64,000 bases of DNA, taken from the NCBI RefSeq assembly GCF_030604225.1, contig NZ_JAUVWH010000001.1:8413-72412 (forward strand). Direction: 5' to 3'. The DNA is from Geoalkalibacter sp. Its GTDB lineage: Bacteria; Desulfobacterota; Desulfuromonadia; Desulfuromonadales; Geoalkalibacteraceae. The position numbers and the translations under genes were made by a program. Position 1 is the first letter of the stretch, and every line of letters starts with the position of its first letter. The notes under the pieces were generated by a model. It was given only the letters and a program-made list of their open reading frames with translations. It ran no database searches and had not been told where the DNA came from. This document shows, in pieces, positions 32,894 through 42,715 of this stretch.

Positions 32894-32974
32894 GACCTAT
32901 CCTTGACTTTTTGCGTCATGATTCTCAAAATAACGGAACCAAGGACCGAAAAAAATCAAGAAAAAGGATGAGAT

Positions 32975-33388
32975 GTGATCGGCAAAATACTTCGTTTTAA
33001 AAAGAAAATTCCCCTCAATGCGTCGGCGGGCGAAAAAGCCGGTGCGCTCTATGCCTCGGGATACAACTGCGCTCAGGCGGTGTTTGAAGCCACGACGGGC
33101 AATGACGATCCAGGGCTCATGAAAATGGCGAAAGCCTTTGGCGGGGGCATCGGCGGGAGCAAGTGTCTGTGCGGAGCGGTGACGGGGGGCGTGATGGCCC
33201 TCTCCCACCTCGACCGTGGCGACCTGGCCGCGCGCCTGGTGGAGGAATTCAAGAAACAGCGTCGGATGACCTGCTGTTCAGGCCTCACCAAGGGGTTTGT
33301 CTGGAAAAGTCGCGATCACCTCGACCACTGTCGGCGCATCACCGAGGAGACCGCCCAAATGGTGGCGCGCCTGCTTCATGAAGAATGA
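32975..33388 (+). CDS. C_GCAxxG_C_C family protein
   Basis: 137 aa with a GTG start. YNCAQAV ... KCLCGAVTGGVMAL ... TCCSGL ... DHCRRI match the family's Cys pattern. Confidence 0.8.
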   Translation: MIGKILRFKKKIPLNASAGEKAGALYASGYNCAQAVFEATTGNDDPGLMKMAKAFGGGIGGSKCLCGAVTGGVMALSHLDRGDLAARLVEEFKKQRRMTCCSGLTKGFVWKSRDHLDHCRRITEETAQMVARLLHEE

Positions 33389-33392
33389 ACCC

Positions 33393-33740
33393 TTATAAAA
33401 AACCCGCCAGATAGTCGCGAACCCGTGCGAGCTCCGCATCGAACTCGTCAACCAGGTTCCGGACCTCGTTCCAGCAATTGCTTCGCCCGCAGTCCTCAAG
33501 TCTTTCAGCCATTCCATAGGCGTTCATGGCCTGAAAAATGCCGAGCAGGCTTTTCAGGCGGTGGGCGACCTGCTCCAGACCGCGGGCGTCGTCCTTTTCC
33601 ACGGCCTCGCGCAATTGCGCGAGATAGCGCGGCGCATCCTGGTTGAACTGATTGATGAGGTCCTTGATGGCCCCTTCCTGCCCTGCCAGATCCTCGAGCA
33701 GATCCGAGAGATCGGCCGGTATGTTGACGTCATCTGGCAT
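33393..33740 (-). CDS. Hpt (histidine phosphotransfer) domain protein
   Basis: Start re-assigned to ATG at 33740 (GGGGGAG 6 nt upstream). 115 aa. Conserved His context ...LEQVAHRLKSLLGIFQA... Confidence 0.75.
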   Translation of the reverse strand: MPDDVNIPADLSDLLEDLAGQEGAIKDLINQFNQDAPRYLAQLREAVEKDDARGLEQVAHRLKSLLGIFQAMNAYGMAERLEDCGRSNCWNEVRNLVDEFDAELARVRDYLAGFL

Positions 33741-33872
33741 AAGTCGCTCCCCCCGATGGGAAAAAACAAACCATTTAAAGCGAAAGAACCCGTCCTCGCT
33801 GTCTTGCCCGAGCGGCAACCGATCACAACTTATACCATAAAAGTTTGCGTGCAGGGTGCGGCCCCTCATTTT

Positions 33873-35915
33873 TCAGGCCGCGCTGCTACGCCTCAGCAGT
33901 GTCGCGAAATCCTCGGCCCGCAAGGGCGGGCTATAGAGAAACCCCTGTATTTTTTCACAACCGGCGTTCACGAGAAATTCCTTCTGTTCTTCCTTTTCCA
34001 CGCCCTCGGCGACCACCGTCATGCGCAGGTGATGGGCCATGGCTATGACGGCCGTGGTGATGGTGCAAGCTCCTGGATCCTGGGGCACTCCGGCGATGAA
34101 CGACTGGTCGACCTTGAGCGTGCCCATGGGGAAATTTCGCAGATACGTCAGGGAGGAATAGCCGGTGCCGAAATCATCGATGATCAGATGAACGCCCAGG
34201 TCGCGCAGTTTCTCCAGGGTCACCGTGGTTTCGGCGATATCCTGAAAAAGAATGCTTTCGGTGATTTCCAGGGCCAGCCAGCGCGGGTCGAGTCCGGTCT
34301 CCCGCAGCACCCGCGCCACCAGGGCGACGATGTCGCGCTGGTAGAACTGCCGCGCCGAGACATTGACCGCGACTCTCTGCGGCGGCAAGCCGGCTTTTTG
34401 CCAGGCCACATTCTGGCTGCAGGCGGTGAACAAAATCCACTCTCCCAGGGGATCGATGAGCCCGGTTTCCTCGGCCAGGGGGATGAATTGCGACGGAGAA
34501 AAGGTGGCCCGCCCTTCCTGCTTCCAGCAGATCAGGGCCTCCATGCCGCTTAGGGCGCCGGTGGCGAGATCAAGTTGCGGCTGATAGAGCAGGATGAATT
34601 CCTCGCGTTCCAGGGCGCGATGCAGGCGATTTTCCAGGACCAGATGTTGAAAGGAATGGCGGCTCATCTCCGGGTTGTAGAACTGCACGTTGTTGCGCCC
34701 CATGGCCTTGGCCCGGCTCATGGCGACGTCGGCATGGCGCAGCAGGGTTTCGACATCCCCCCCGTCGTGGGGAAAAAGCGCCACCCCCACGCTGGCGGTC
34801 ACGTAGAGTTCATGGCCGACGATGTTCATGGGAGCACCGAGGGGCTTCAGCAGCCGTTCAATGGCGATTTCGACATCCGCGGCGGCGCTGACATCGGGTA
34901 GAACAGCCCCGAATTCATCACCGCCCAAGTGCGCGAGAATTTCGCGGGGTCCGAGGTTCTCCTTGAGTTTGCTCGCGGTCTGTCGCAGTACCCATTGCCC
35001 GTAAAGGTGGCCCAGGGACCGCACGATGGTTTTGAACCGGTCGAAATCGAAATAGATCAGGGCCAGGGAGGATTGCTGCCGGCGAGCCCGCAGCAGAGCG
35101 GCTTCGAGTTCATCGCGAAACAATTGCTGGTTGGGCAAATCGGTCAAGGGATCGAAAAACGCCATGTGGGCGATTTTTTGCTCCGCGGCCTTACGCTCCA
35201 GTTCGGCCGCCGCACGCGTGGCGAAGATCCGCAGCAGGGATTCGGCGGTGCGCCTTTGCCCCATGGGACGTCGCGACAAGACCATGACGACACCGATCAG
35301 GCGCTGCTGGACGTCGCGCAGACCCATGGCCAAACAGCTTTCCACACCCATGCCGCAGAAGGGATGCCCCGGTTTCTGCTTGGTCTTGACACCCTTCGGA
35401 CACCAACACACCTCCTTGTCCAGAAGAGCGGAGCAGGGGCTGCCCTCCAGGGAATAGGCGAGATTGTCCTCGAGCCGTCCATCGCGCCACAGGGCAATGG
35501 TCTGAACCTGATGCGCCTCGGCCTCGTCGATGGTCGCCACCAGGGCGCAATCGGTTTCCAGCACCTGGGCCAGATAGGCCACCAGGGAGGTGAAAAAGGC
35601 ATCGCCGACGCAGGATGAAACCCCCTGCGCGGCCAGGGCGATCTGCTCCTCGGCCCGGCGCAGGCGGGTAAAATGGCGCCAGAGCAGCAAAAACAGCAGC
35701 AGAGCCGTGACGAGGATAAAAATCAGGCCCTTGAAGGTTTGCAGCAGGCTGAGGGTGCGCAGGTCGGAAACAAACAGGTTCAGGAGTCGATCGGAGAGCA
35801 GAACCCACAGCAATCCGGCCAGAAGATAGCCGCAGGAAATCTTGAGGGCCATCGCCCAGGATGCGGGGATCAAGCCATGAAAGATGTTTCGCGACAGAAA
35901 AAATGGCTTGCGCAT
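33873..35915 (-). CDS. membrane-anchored GAF-GGDEF-EAL protein (diguanylate cyclase/phosphodiesterase)
   Basis: 680 aa. Two N-terminal TM helices, a GAF-like region, an intact GGDEF motif (HLGGDEFGAV), and an EAL domain (GMEALICW ... DDFGTGYSSL). Confidence 0.9.
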   Translation of the reverse strand: MRKPFFLSRNIFHGLIPASWAMALKISCGYLLAGLLWVLLSDRLLNLFVSDLRTLSLLQTFKGLIFILVTALLLFLLLWRHFTRLRRAEEQIALAAQGVSSCVGDAFFTSLVAYLAQVLETDCALVATIDEAEAHQVQTIALWRDGRLEDNLAYSLEGSPCSALLDKEVCWCPKGVKTKQKPGHPFCGMGVESCLAMGLRDVQQRLIGVVMVLSRRPMGQRRTAESLLRIFATRAAAELERKAAEQKIAHMAFFDPLTDLPNQQLFRDELEAALLRARRQQSSLALIYFDFDRFKTIVRSLGHLYGQWVLRQTASKLKENLGPREILAHLGGDEFGAVLPDVSAAADVEIAIERLLKPLGAPMNIVGHELYVTASVGVALFPHDGGDVETLLRHADVAMSRAKAMGRNNVQFYNPEMSRHSFQHLVLENRLHRALEREEFILLYQPQLDLATGALSGMEALICWKQEGRATFSPSQFIPLAEETGLIDPLGEWILFTACSQNVAWQKAGLPPQRVAVNVSARQFYQRDIVALVARVLRETGLDPRWLALEITESILFQDIAETTVTLEKLRDLGVHLIIDDFGTGYSSLTYLRNFPMGTLKVDQSFIAGVPQDPGACTITTAVIAMAHHLRMTVVAEGVEKEEQKEFLVNAGCEKIQGFLYSPPLRAEDFATLLRRSSAA

Positions 35916-36066
35916 AGGAATCCGGGATAAGGAATTGGGCGCACCGCGATTAACACTATCTCACCAAGTTCATTTGTCAATCCGAGGAATCTTCCCTTGT
36001 GCGGCTGCTCCCCGCCGTGCTAGAAAATCTCGGTGTTTGAAATCCCTTAACAACCCGAGGACTCTC

Positions 36067-36390
36067 ATGCAAAAGCTGACCGGCAAGCAAGCGCGCCATT
36101 TGCGCGCCCTGGGGCATCATCTCAATGCGATTATCATGGTGGGCAAGGAGGAACTCGACGAAAACCTGCTGCGCAGCGTCGAGGAAAATCTGGAGGCCCA
36201 TGAACTGATCAAAATAAAAATCCAGAAGGGTTGCCTGCTCGATCGGCACGAAGTCGCCGAGGAACTGGCGCGCCGCGCCGGTGCCTGCGTGGCGCAGGTG
36301 TTGGGCAACACCATTTTGCTCTATCGCGCGAGCGAAAAGAAACGCATCGAATTGCCCGCCCCTTCAAAGGGCGCTGCAAAGAAGGGATGA
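36067..36390 (+). CDS. yhbY: YhbY-like CRM-domain RNA-binding protein
   Basis: ATG at 36067 after GAGGA, in frame within tracked ORF 35884..36390. MQKLTGKQARHLRALGHHLNAIIMVGKEEL...IKIKI... Confidence 0.85.
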   Translation: MQKLTGKQARHLRALGHHLNAIIMVGKEELDENLLRSVEENLEAHELIKIKIQKGCLLDRHEVAEELARRAGACVAQVLGNTILLYRASEKKRIELPAPSKGAAKKG

Positions 36391-38433
36391 TTCCCCTTCG
36401 TCCCTCGCGGTAGACAACTTCTCCAGAAGCAGGGTCACCGCCTCGCCGGGCAGCGGCGGATGAAAGAAGAAGCCCTGCACGCGGTTGCATTTCTTGCCAT
36501 GCAACAGGTGGAGCTGGTCGACGGTTTCGACGCCTTCGGCCACCACATCCATGCCCAGGGAATGGGCCAGGGCGATGACGGCATCGACAATGGCCGCATC
36601 GTCGCGGTTGCGACTCAGATCCTTGACGAAGGAACGATCGATTTTCAGGGTTTGGATCGGAAATTTCTTAAGATAGCTGAGGGAGGAATAACCCGTTCCA
36701 AAATCATCGATGGCGATCTGGACGCCGAGTTCCCGCAACTGGGAGAGTTTCTGCACCGCCCCTTGGGAATCCTGCATGATCAGGCTCTCGGTGATTTCCA
36801 GTTCCAGCCATTGCGGGTCAAGCCCGGTTTCCGCCAAAACGTTGCGCACCAGTCGCACCAGGTCGTACTGGTGGAACTGGCGCGCCGAAATGTTGACCGC
36901 CACCCGCAGGGGTGCGAACCCCGCCAATTGCCAAGCCCGGTTCTGGGCACAGGCCTGCCGCAGCACCCACTCACCCATGGGCACGATGAGCCCGGTTTCC
37001 TCGGCCAGGGGAATGAATTCCGCCGGCGACACCATGCCTCGTTCGGGATGTTCCCAGCGCAACAAGGCTTCCAGGCCGACCAGCATGGTGCCTGCCACCT
37101 CGTATTGCGGCTGAAAGTGCAGACGCAACTCCCCGCGCTCCAAGGCCTTGCGCAACTGGCTTTCGAGACCCAGGCGGCTCAGGGAGCTTTCGTTCATTTC
37201 CGCCAGATAGAATTGGAAGTTGTTACGCCCCAATTCCTTGGCGCGATTCAGGGCCGTGTCGGCATTTTTCAGCAGACCGTCGGTCGTTTCCCCATCAAAG
37301 GGGAAAATGGCGATGCCGATGCTGGCGGCCAGATGCAGTTCAAAACCATGGATGTCAAAGGGAAGACGCAGGGCCGCGATGATTTTTTCGGCGACCTGCG
37401 CGGCGTCCTCGGCCTGGCGGATATTGGGGAGCAGAATGAGGAATTCATCCCCGCCCAGGCGCGCCACCGTATCGTCCTTGCGCAGGGTGAGCTGCAAGCG
37501 CCGGCCCACTTCCTTGAGTAGTTGGTCACCGGCCGCATGGCCGAGGGTGTCGTTGACATTGCGAAATCGGTCGAGGTCAAGAAACAAGACGGCCGGAAAC
37601 CGCTGGGCGCGGCGGGCCTGGGGCAAGGCATGTTCCAGACGATCCAGAAAAAGCCGCTTGTTGGCCAGACCCGTCAAGGGATCGTAAAAGGCCATGTACT
37701 CGATGGTTTTCTCCGAACGTGCCCGTTGCAGCTCGGCCGCCGCGCGCAGGGAAAACACCTTGAGCATCTTGACCGCCAGGTTCTGGTCTTCAAGGGGCCG
37801 CCGGCTCAAAACGACCATGGGACCGATAACCCGGCCCTCGGCATCAAACAGGGGAATGCCGACATAGCTTGTCACTCCCAATTTCGTCGCCAGGGAGTCC
37901 GCCGGGAAATGAGCGCCGACATCGGCAGGTAGGCTGACCAGGCCGCGACTCACCACCTGTTCGCAGGGCGTACCCGCCAGGACGAACTCGAAATTCTCCA
38001 CCTCTGCTTCCGGTGAATAAACCGCGACCGTCCGCACCCGGCTGTTGTTTTCTCCCGTCAGTTCCCCGATGAAGGCGTAATCGGCCTTGAGCGCCTGGCA
38101 CAGGCTCTGCGTCAAAAGACTGAAGAAGGCTTCGCCGGTAGCCGCGGACACTCCCTGGACCAGTTCATCGAGGGACTCTTCCGTGCGGAACAGGGCGCGT
38201 CGATAGTGCTCGATGACGCCGAACAGCAAACCCGCCGACACCAGCACGAAAATCCAGCCTTTCAGGGTCTGGCCGCGATAGTGCCAGTGGGGATCGGTGA
38301 ACACGAATTCGAGCAGGGAATCGGACAGAAAAATCCACAGCACCCCGAACAGGGCGTAAATGAGGCTGATCTTGAGGGGAAGTCGTTTTTTGTCGGCGCA
38401 GAAACGCCGGAGCATGGGGCGGATCAATCGCAT
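36364..38433 (-). CDS. membrane-anchored GAF-GGDEF-EAL protein, paralog of 33873..35915
   Basis: Start probably ATG 38433 (MRLIRPMLRR...), with an alternative at 38451. Same architecture as the paralog: RLGGDEFLIL, GLEALLRW, DDFGTGYSSL. The 3' end overlaps yhbY by 27 nt. Confidence 0.88.
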   Translation of the reverse strand: MRLIRPMLRRFCADKKRLPLKISLIYALFGVLWIFLSDSLLEFVFTDPHWHYRGQTLKGWIFVLVSAGLLFGVIEHYRRALFRTEESLDELVQGVSAATGEAFFSLLTQSLCQALKADYAFIGELTGENNSRVRTVAVYSPEAEVENFEFVLAGTPCEQVVSRGLVSLPADVGAHFPADSLATKLGVTSYVGIPLFDAEGRVIGPMVVLSRRPLEDQNLAVKMLKVFSLRAAAELQRARSEKTIEYMAFYDPLTGLANKRLFLDRLEHALPQARRAQRFPAVLFLDLDRFRNVNDTLGHAAGDQLLKEVGRRLQLTLRKDDTVARLGGDEFLILLPNIRQAEDAAQVAEKIIAALRLPFDIHGFELHLAASIGIAIFPFDGETTDGLLKNADTALNRAKELGRNNFQFYLAEMNESSLSRLGLESQLRKALERGELRLHFQPQYEVAGTMLVGLEALLRWEHPERGMVSPAEFIPLAEETGLIVPMGEWVLRQACAQNRAWQLAGFAPLRVAVNISARQFHQYDLVRLVRNVLAETGLDPQWLELEITESLIMQDSQGAVQKLSQLRELGVQIAIDDFGTGYSSLSYLKKFPIQTLKIDRSFVKDLSRNRDDAAIVDAVIALAHSLGMDVVAEGVETVDQLHLLHGKKCNRVQGFFFHPPLPGEAVTLLLEKLSTARDEGESSLLCSAL

Positions 38434-38618
38434 ATCCCTTTCGCGTTCCATCCCTGAACGCGCATCCGCTCGGCAAGGCACGGACGGCTCTTGGTCGGCT
38501 CGTTTCCCATCCTTGAGAAACGCAAAACCGTTTAGAGATTTCTCATGACCCGAAACTTATCATCTAAGAGCTCGCAATGCAAGGGTTTAGGGAGACTTTT
38601 CCGTCGCGCTTTTCCAGA

Positions 38619-39752
38619 TCAAACAGGGGCATAGGGCTCGGTCAGGCGTCGAAATTCATCCAGGGCATAGCGGTCGGTCATCCCGGCCAGGTAATCACAA
38701 ACAGCGCGTTCCCGACCAAAAAGATCGCATTTTTCTTGCTGTTCCCAGGGCAACAAGCGCGGTTGATCCAGATAGGTCTGGAACAAAAACGTCAAGCATT
38801 TTTCCGTTTTCAAGCGCATGCGCTCCACCTTGTAGTGGCGGTAGAGCCGCTCGCGCAAGAAGCGCTTGAGCCGACGATTTTTTTCTCCGATGTCCCGACT
38901 GAAGCCGATGAGGTTGCGCCCGTGGTTGCGCACGCCCTCCAAGGAGTCGATGCCCGAAGCGGCGATGGCCTGGGTGGAGGTCTCCACCAGATCATTCATG
39001 AGGTTGCCGATGAGATGGCTTATGGTTTGATGGACGAGCCGATTCTGATCGGCACCCGGAAATTTGTCGCGCACCAGGGCCCAGGTCTCTTGCCAAAGTT
39101 CGACATTCTCCAGATCGACCAGGCGGATGTATCCCGATTTGAGCCCGTCATCGATATCGTGATTGTTGTAGGCGATTTCATCGGCAAGGTCGATGATCTG
39201 GGCTTCAAGGGTCGGACAGAGGCCTGGGGAATAGTCCTGCGCCGGGTCATCGGGGTTGGTGCTCCCCAGAGATGAATGCTTGATGATGCCTTCGCGCGTT
39301 TCCCAGGTCAGATTCAGACCGCTAAATCCCGGATAGCGCTCCTCGAGAACCTCGACGATGCGCAGCGACTGGCGATTGTGTTCAAAGCCGCCATGTTGAG
39401 CCATGAGCCGGTTCAATACATCCTCGCCGGTATGGCCGAATGGAGTGTGGCCCAGATCGTGCGCCAAGGCCAAGGCTTCCACCAGATCCTCATTGAGGTG
39501 CATGCGCCGGGCGATGCCGCGGGCAATCTGGGCGACTTCCAGGGAATGAGTCAGGCGCGTGCGATAATAGTCGCCTTCATGGTTCACAAAGACCTGGGTT
39601 TTGTATTCCAGGCGCCGGAACGCGGCGCAATGGATGATGCGATCGCGGTCACGCTCGAAAGCAGGGCGGTTGTCCTTGAAGGGCTCGGCATGCCGACGGC
39701 CAAGGCTGGCGGAGCTGCGTGCGGCATAGGGCGCGAGATCGGGGCGTTCCAT
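38619..39752 (-). CDS. dgt: dGTP triphosphohydrolase-like HD-domain protein
   Basis: 377 aa. FERDRDRIIHCAAFRRLEYKTQVF, RLTHSLEVAQIARG, and LAHDLGHTPFGH. Confidence 0.9.
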   Translation of the reverse strand: MERPDLAPYAARSSASLGRRHAEPFKDNRPAFERDRDRIIHCAAFRRLEYKTQVFVNHEGDYYRTRLTHSLEVAQIARGIARRMHLNEDLVEALALAHDLGHTPFGHTGEDVLNRLMAQHGGFEHNRQSLRIVEVLEERYPGFSGLNLTWETREGIIKHSSLGSTNPDDPAQDYSPGLCPTLEAQIIDLADEIAYNNHDIDDGLKSGYIRLVDLENVELWQETWALVRDKFPGADQNRLVHQTISHLIGNLMNDLVETSTQAIAASGIDSLEGVRNHGRNLIGFSRDIGEKNRRLKRFLRERLYRHYKVERMRLKTEKCLTFLFQTYLDQPRLLPWEQQEKCDLFGRERAVCDYLAGMTDRYALDEFRRLTEPYAPV

Positions 39753-39914
39753 AAAGCAAGACTCCCTCGGGTTGAAAAGTTCGGCCTAGCATAAAGCGGC
39801 TGGGTGAAAAGGGCAAAAACAAAGACGGGCGGTTGACCCATTGCGCCCCTTATGCTAAATTTCACAATTATTTTCAATTATTTAGACATTGACTCGACAA
39901 GCTGGGGGAGCGTT

Positions 39915-40493
39915 TTGCGGATTATCAGCGGTTCAGCGCGAGGCATCAGGCTCGCCACCTTCAGCGGCCGGGATATCCGGCCCACGCCGGATCGCGTGCG
40001 CGAGGCGATTTTCAGCATCCTCTACAGCCGCCTGGGCGAGTTGCACGGCAAATCCGTTCTCGATTTGTTTGCCGGAACCGGTGCCATGGCCCTTGAAGCC
40101 CTGAGTCGCGGCGCCGCCAAGGCGGTGACCGTCGACGCCGGCCCGCAGGCCGCGCAAACCGTGGCGGCCAATGCCCGCGCCTGCCGTTTTGAAGGGCAAC
40201 TTACCCATGTACGAGGCGAGGTCGCGGCGGCGCTGCCGCGTCTGGCCGGCCAATCGGTCTTCGATCTGATTTTTCTCGACCCACCCTACGGTCGCGGTCT
40301 TCTTGACCAGACCCTGGGGCAGATCGCAAATCTGGGGCTGTTGAGCGCCAGGGGCCTGATCTGTGGGGAAGCCGGCGCTCGCGAGGCGGTCGCGGATGCA
40401 GCGGGCGCCCTGTTGCGGATCGACACACGCACTTACGGCGCGACGGCCATCCATTTTTACACCTATGCTGAGCAAGGGAGTTCGCCGGAATGA
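39915..40493 (+). CDS. rsmD: 16S rRNA (guanine966-N2)-methyltransferase RsmD
   Basis: Start placed at TTG 39915 (GGGGGAG upstream). (M)RIISGSARGIRL...RPTPDRVREAIFSIL, and DPPY motif FLDPPYGRG. ATGA overlap with coaD. Confidence 0.83.
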   Translation: MRIISGSARGIRLATFSGRDIRPTPDRVREAIFSILYSRLGELHGKSVLDLFAGTGAMALEALSRGAAKAVTVDAGPQAAQTVAANARACRFEGQLTHVRGEVAAALPRLAGQSVFDLIFLDPPYGRGLLDQTLGQIANLGLLSARGLICGEAGAREAVADAAGALLRIDTRTYGATAIHFYTYAEQGSSPE

Positions 40494-40987
40494 AAAAACG
40501 CCTCGCGGTCTATCCGGGATCCTTCGATCCGACCACCTATGGTCATCTCGACATCATTCGCCGTAGTCTCGAGGTTTTCGACCACCTCATTATCGCCGTC
40601 GCCGGCAACGCCGAAAAAAGCGGCTTGTTCACCTTCGAGGAGCGCATCGACCTGATCAAGGCACTGGTGGGCGATGATCCCCGCGTCACCATCGAAACCT
40701 TCAAGGGTCTGCTGGTGGACTATGTGGTGTCGCGCGGCGCGCGGGTCATCATCCGCGGCCTGCGCGCCGTTTCGGATTTTGAATACGAATTCCAGCTCGC
40801 CCAGACCAACCGCGCCATTCATCCCGAGGTCGAAACCGTGTTCATGATGACCTCGGTGCCCTATGTGTATCTGAGTTCTTCCGTGGTCAAAACCGTGGCC
40901 GGCCTCGGCGGCCCCGTCGATTCCTTCGTGCCGCCTCCGGTGCAGGCGGCGCTGGAAAAAAAATTCGCCGATCGTCTTCCCCGTTGA
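40490..40987 (+). CDS. coaD: phosphopantetheine adenylyltransferase
   Basis: 165 aa. AVYPGSFDPTTYGHLDII and the conserved rsmD-coaD pairing. Confidence 0.95.
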   Translation: MKKRLAVYPGSFDPTTYGHLDIIRRSLEVFDHLIIAVAGNAEKSGLFTFEERIDLIKALVGDDPRVTIETFKGLLVDYVVSRGARVIIRGLRAVSDFEYEFQLAQTNRAIHPEVETVFMMTSVPYVYLSSSVVKTVAGLGGPVDSFVPPPVQAALEKKFADRLPR

Positions 40988-41005
40988 GCATTCCTGGAGG
41001 CGCCC

Positions 41006-41203
41006 ATGATCACCAAGGACATGAAAATCTCGGAAGTTATCCGCAACCACCCCGAAACGGTGGCCGTTTTTCAGCAATTTGGCCTGTCCTGCATGGAATG
41101 CCAGATTGCCGATTACGAGGAAGTGGAATACGGTGCCGACGTGCACCAGGTTGACCTCGATGCGTTGCTCTCGGAACTCAACCGGGTTGCCGGCAAGGGT
41201 TAG
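41006..41203 (+). CDS. DUF1858-type small CxxC protein, second copy
   Basis: 65 aa. MITKDMKISEVIRNHPETVAVFQQFGLSCMECQ...VDLDALLSELN. Colinear with the 6534..6749 product. Confidence 0.7.
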   Translation: MITKDMKISEVIRNHPETVAVFQQFGLSCMECQIADYEEVEYGADVHQVDLDALLSELNRVAGKG

Positions 41204-41214
41204 TGCCCCAGGGT

Positions 41215-41934
41215 TCAGTCCCGGGCGGCCTCCAGTTGCATCACCAGCCGCTCCAGCGCGTCAACCACCAGGGTTTCGATCCGAAAGCCCTTTTCGGCGC
41301 TGGCGCGGGTCGGGTCGCCGTGGACTCCGCCCGGCCAATGACGGCGTTTGTCGCGCACCAGGATGCCCTTGGGAAATGAGGGTGTTTCGGCGCGGCCGCA
41401 ACCTTTGACCAGCTGGGGTCGGGTGTGCAGAATGCGCGAGGTTTCAATTTCCCCGGCATGAGCGTCGCCGGGCGTTTCTATCAGGTCCCGCCCCTCTCCC
41501 GCCGCCAGATCATATTCCGTGATCACCGCGATCTGCGCTTCCGGCAAGCGCTTGAGTAGAACCTCCCCCGCATCGAGCAGGGCGGCGTTGTGCGTGCCGC
41601 CGGCGTGACCGCTGATCAGCACGAAAAAACGCAAGCCGTTGCGATAGAGGTCGCTGACCAGATCAATGGCCAGGGCCTTGAGGGTTTCGGTGGTGATGGA
41701 CACCGTGCCCGGATGGCACCCGGTGGAGCGGCACACCCCGTAATGCACGGGTGGCGCGACAAACACCGGGCGGCGCTCGGCCAGGCGGCGGCAGACATCC
41801 TCGGCCTGCATGGTATCGGTGCCCAGGGGTAGATGCTCGCCGTGCTCCTCCAGGGCGCCAAAGGGGATCAGCACCGTGCGGGTGCGCTGCAGAGCGGCCT
41901 CGAACTCCGGCATGGTGATTTCGGTCAGGATCAT
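41215..41934 (-). CDS. creatininase-family amidohydrolase
   Basis: Start re-assigned to ATG at 41934 (MILTEITMPEF...). IPFGALEEHGEHLPLGTD and LISGHAGG motifs. It starts 19 nt downstream of the queE stop. Confidence 0.8.
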   Translation of the reverse strand: MILTEITMPEFEAALQRTRTVLIPFGALEEHGEHLPLGTDTMQAEDVCRRLAERRPVFVAPPVHYGVCRSTGCHPGTVSITTETLKALAIDLVSDLYRNGLRFFVLISGHAGGTHNAALLDAGEVLLKRLPEAQIAVITEYDLAAGEGRDLIETPGDAHAGEIETSRILHTRPQLVKGCGRAETPSFPKGILVRDKRRHWPGGVHGDPTRASAEKGFRIETLVVDALERLVMQLEAARD

Positions 41935-41953
41935 GGCGGCCTCGGAAAAAATT

Positions 41954-42715
41954 TCAGATGAGCCCGACAAAGCGGTGCGTCTGGGGAATGATGCGCAGAT
42001 TGGCATGCACCGCCGATGCCTGGCGTTGCAGATCCAGCAGGGTGCGCGCCGCGATGCCCACCTGTCCTTCCAGGGTCAACGGTTGGAGCACCAGGGTGAC
42101 CTCGGGTGCGACATCCTGGACCAAGCGGGCGGCACGCACGACCTCGGCTACCGGGGTGTCCTCGCCCACCACCGCCTTGACGTAGCAGGATTTGCGCTTT
42201 GCGAGGGCGAGAAATTCGCGGTGCGCTGCCCAGGGGGTCTTGCGCCCGCTCACCGAGGCCAGCTTGATATCCATGGAAATCCAGTCGAGATGCGGCAGCA
42301 ACTCCTCAAGCGGCTCGACCAGGGTGCCGTTGGTTTCCAGGTAAATGGGCAGGATCTCGCGCAGCGCCGGCAGCCATTCCCCCAGGATCTCGGCTTGCAA
42401 CAGGGGCTCGCCGCCGGTCAGGCTCAGGGAATGATGCATGCGCGGCGCTTCCCGGTGCCAATGGTCGAGAATGGCGGCCAAGGTTTCCAGCGAGACGGGG
42501 TTGGCCAGGCTGCGAAACACGCCGGAGCCGGGCGCATCCTCGATACGGCACTCCGAGGTCGGCGCGAAAGGCGTATCGCAGTAGCGGCAACTCAGATTGC
42601 ACTGGGCAAAGCGCAGAAAAATCTGCCGACAGCCTACCAGCAAGCCTTCGCCCTGAATGGAGGAAAAAACCTCGAGAAGCGGGGCTTCAGTCGGCGGTGT
42701 AGCTGGCACAGGCAT
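41954..42715 (-). CDS. queE: 7-carboxy-7-deazaguanine synthase (radical SAM)
   Basis: LEVFSSIQGEGLLVG and CNLSCRYCDT (CxxxCxxC). The start at ATG 42715 is provisional and overlaps the queD 3' end by 29 nt. Confidence 0.85.
   Translation of the reverse strand: MPVPATPPTEAPLLEVFSSIQGEGLLVGCRQIFLRFAQCNLSCRYCDTPFAPTSECRIEDAPGSGVFRSLANPVSLETLAAILDHWHREAPRMHHSLSLTGGEPLLQAEILGEWLPALREILPIYLETNGTLVEPLEELLPHLDWISMDIKLASVSGRKTPWAAHREFLALAKRKSCYVKAVVGEDTPVAEVVRAARLVQDVAPEVTLVLQPLTLEGQVGIAARTLLDLQRQASAVHANLRIIPQTHRFVGLI

Noticed and set aside
38619-39752. The dGTPase-like HD protein as a possible anti-phage dNTP-depletion defence gene.
   Set aside because: It has the conserved housekeeping Dgt-like layout and sits among core genes (rsmD-coaD). 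There are no flanking mobile or defence genes, so nothing in the sequence argues for a defence role.
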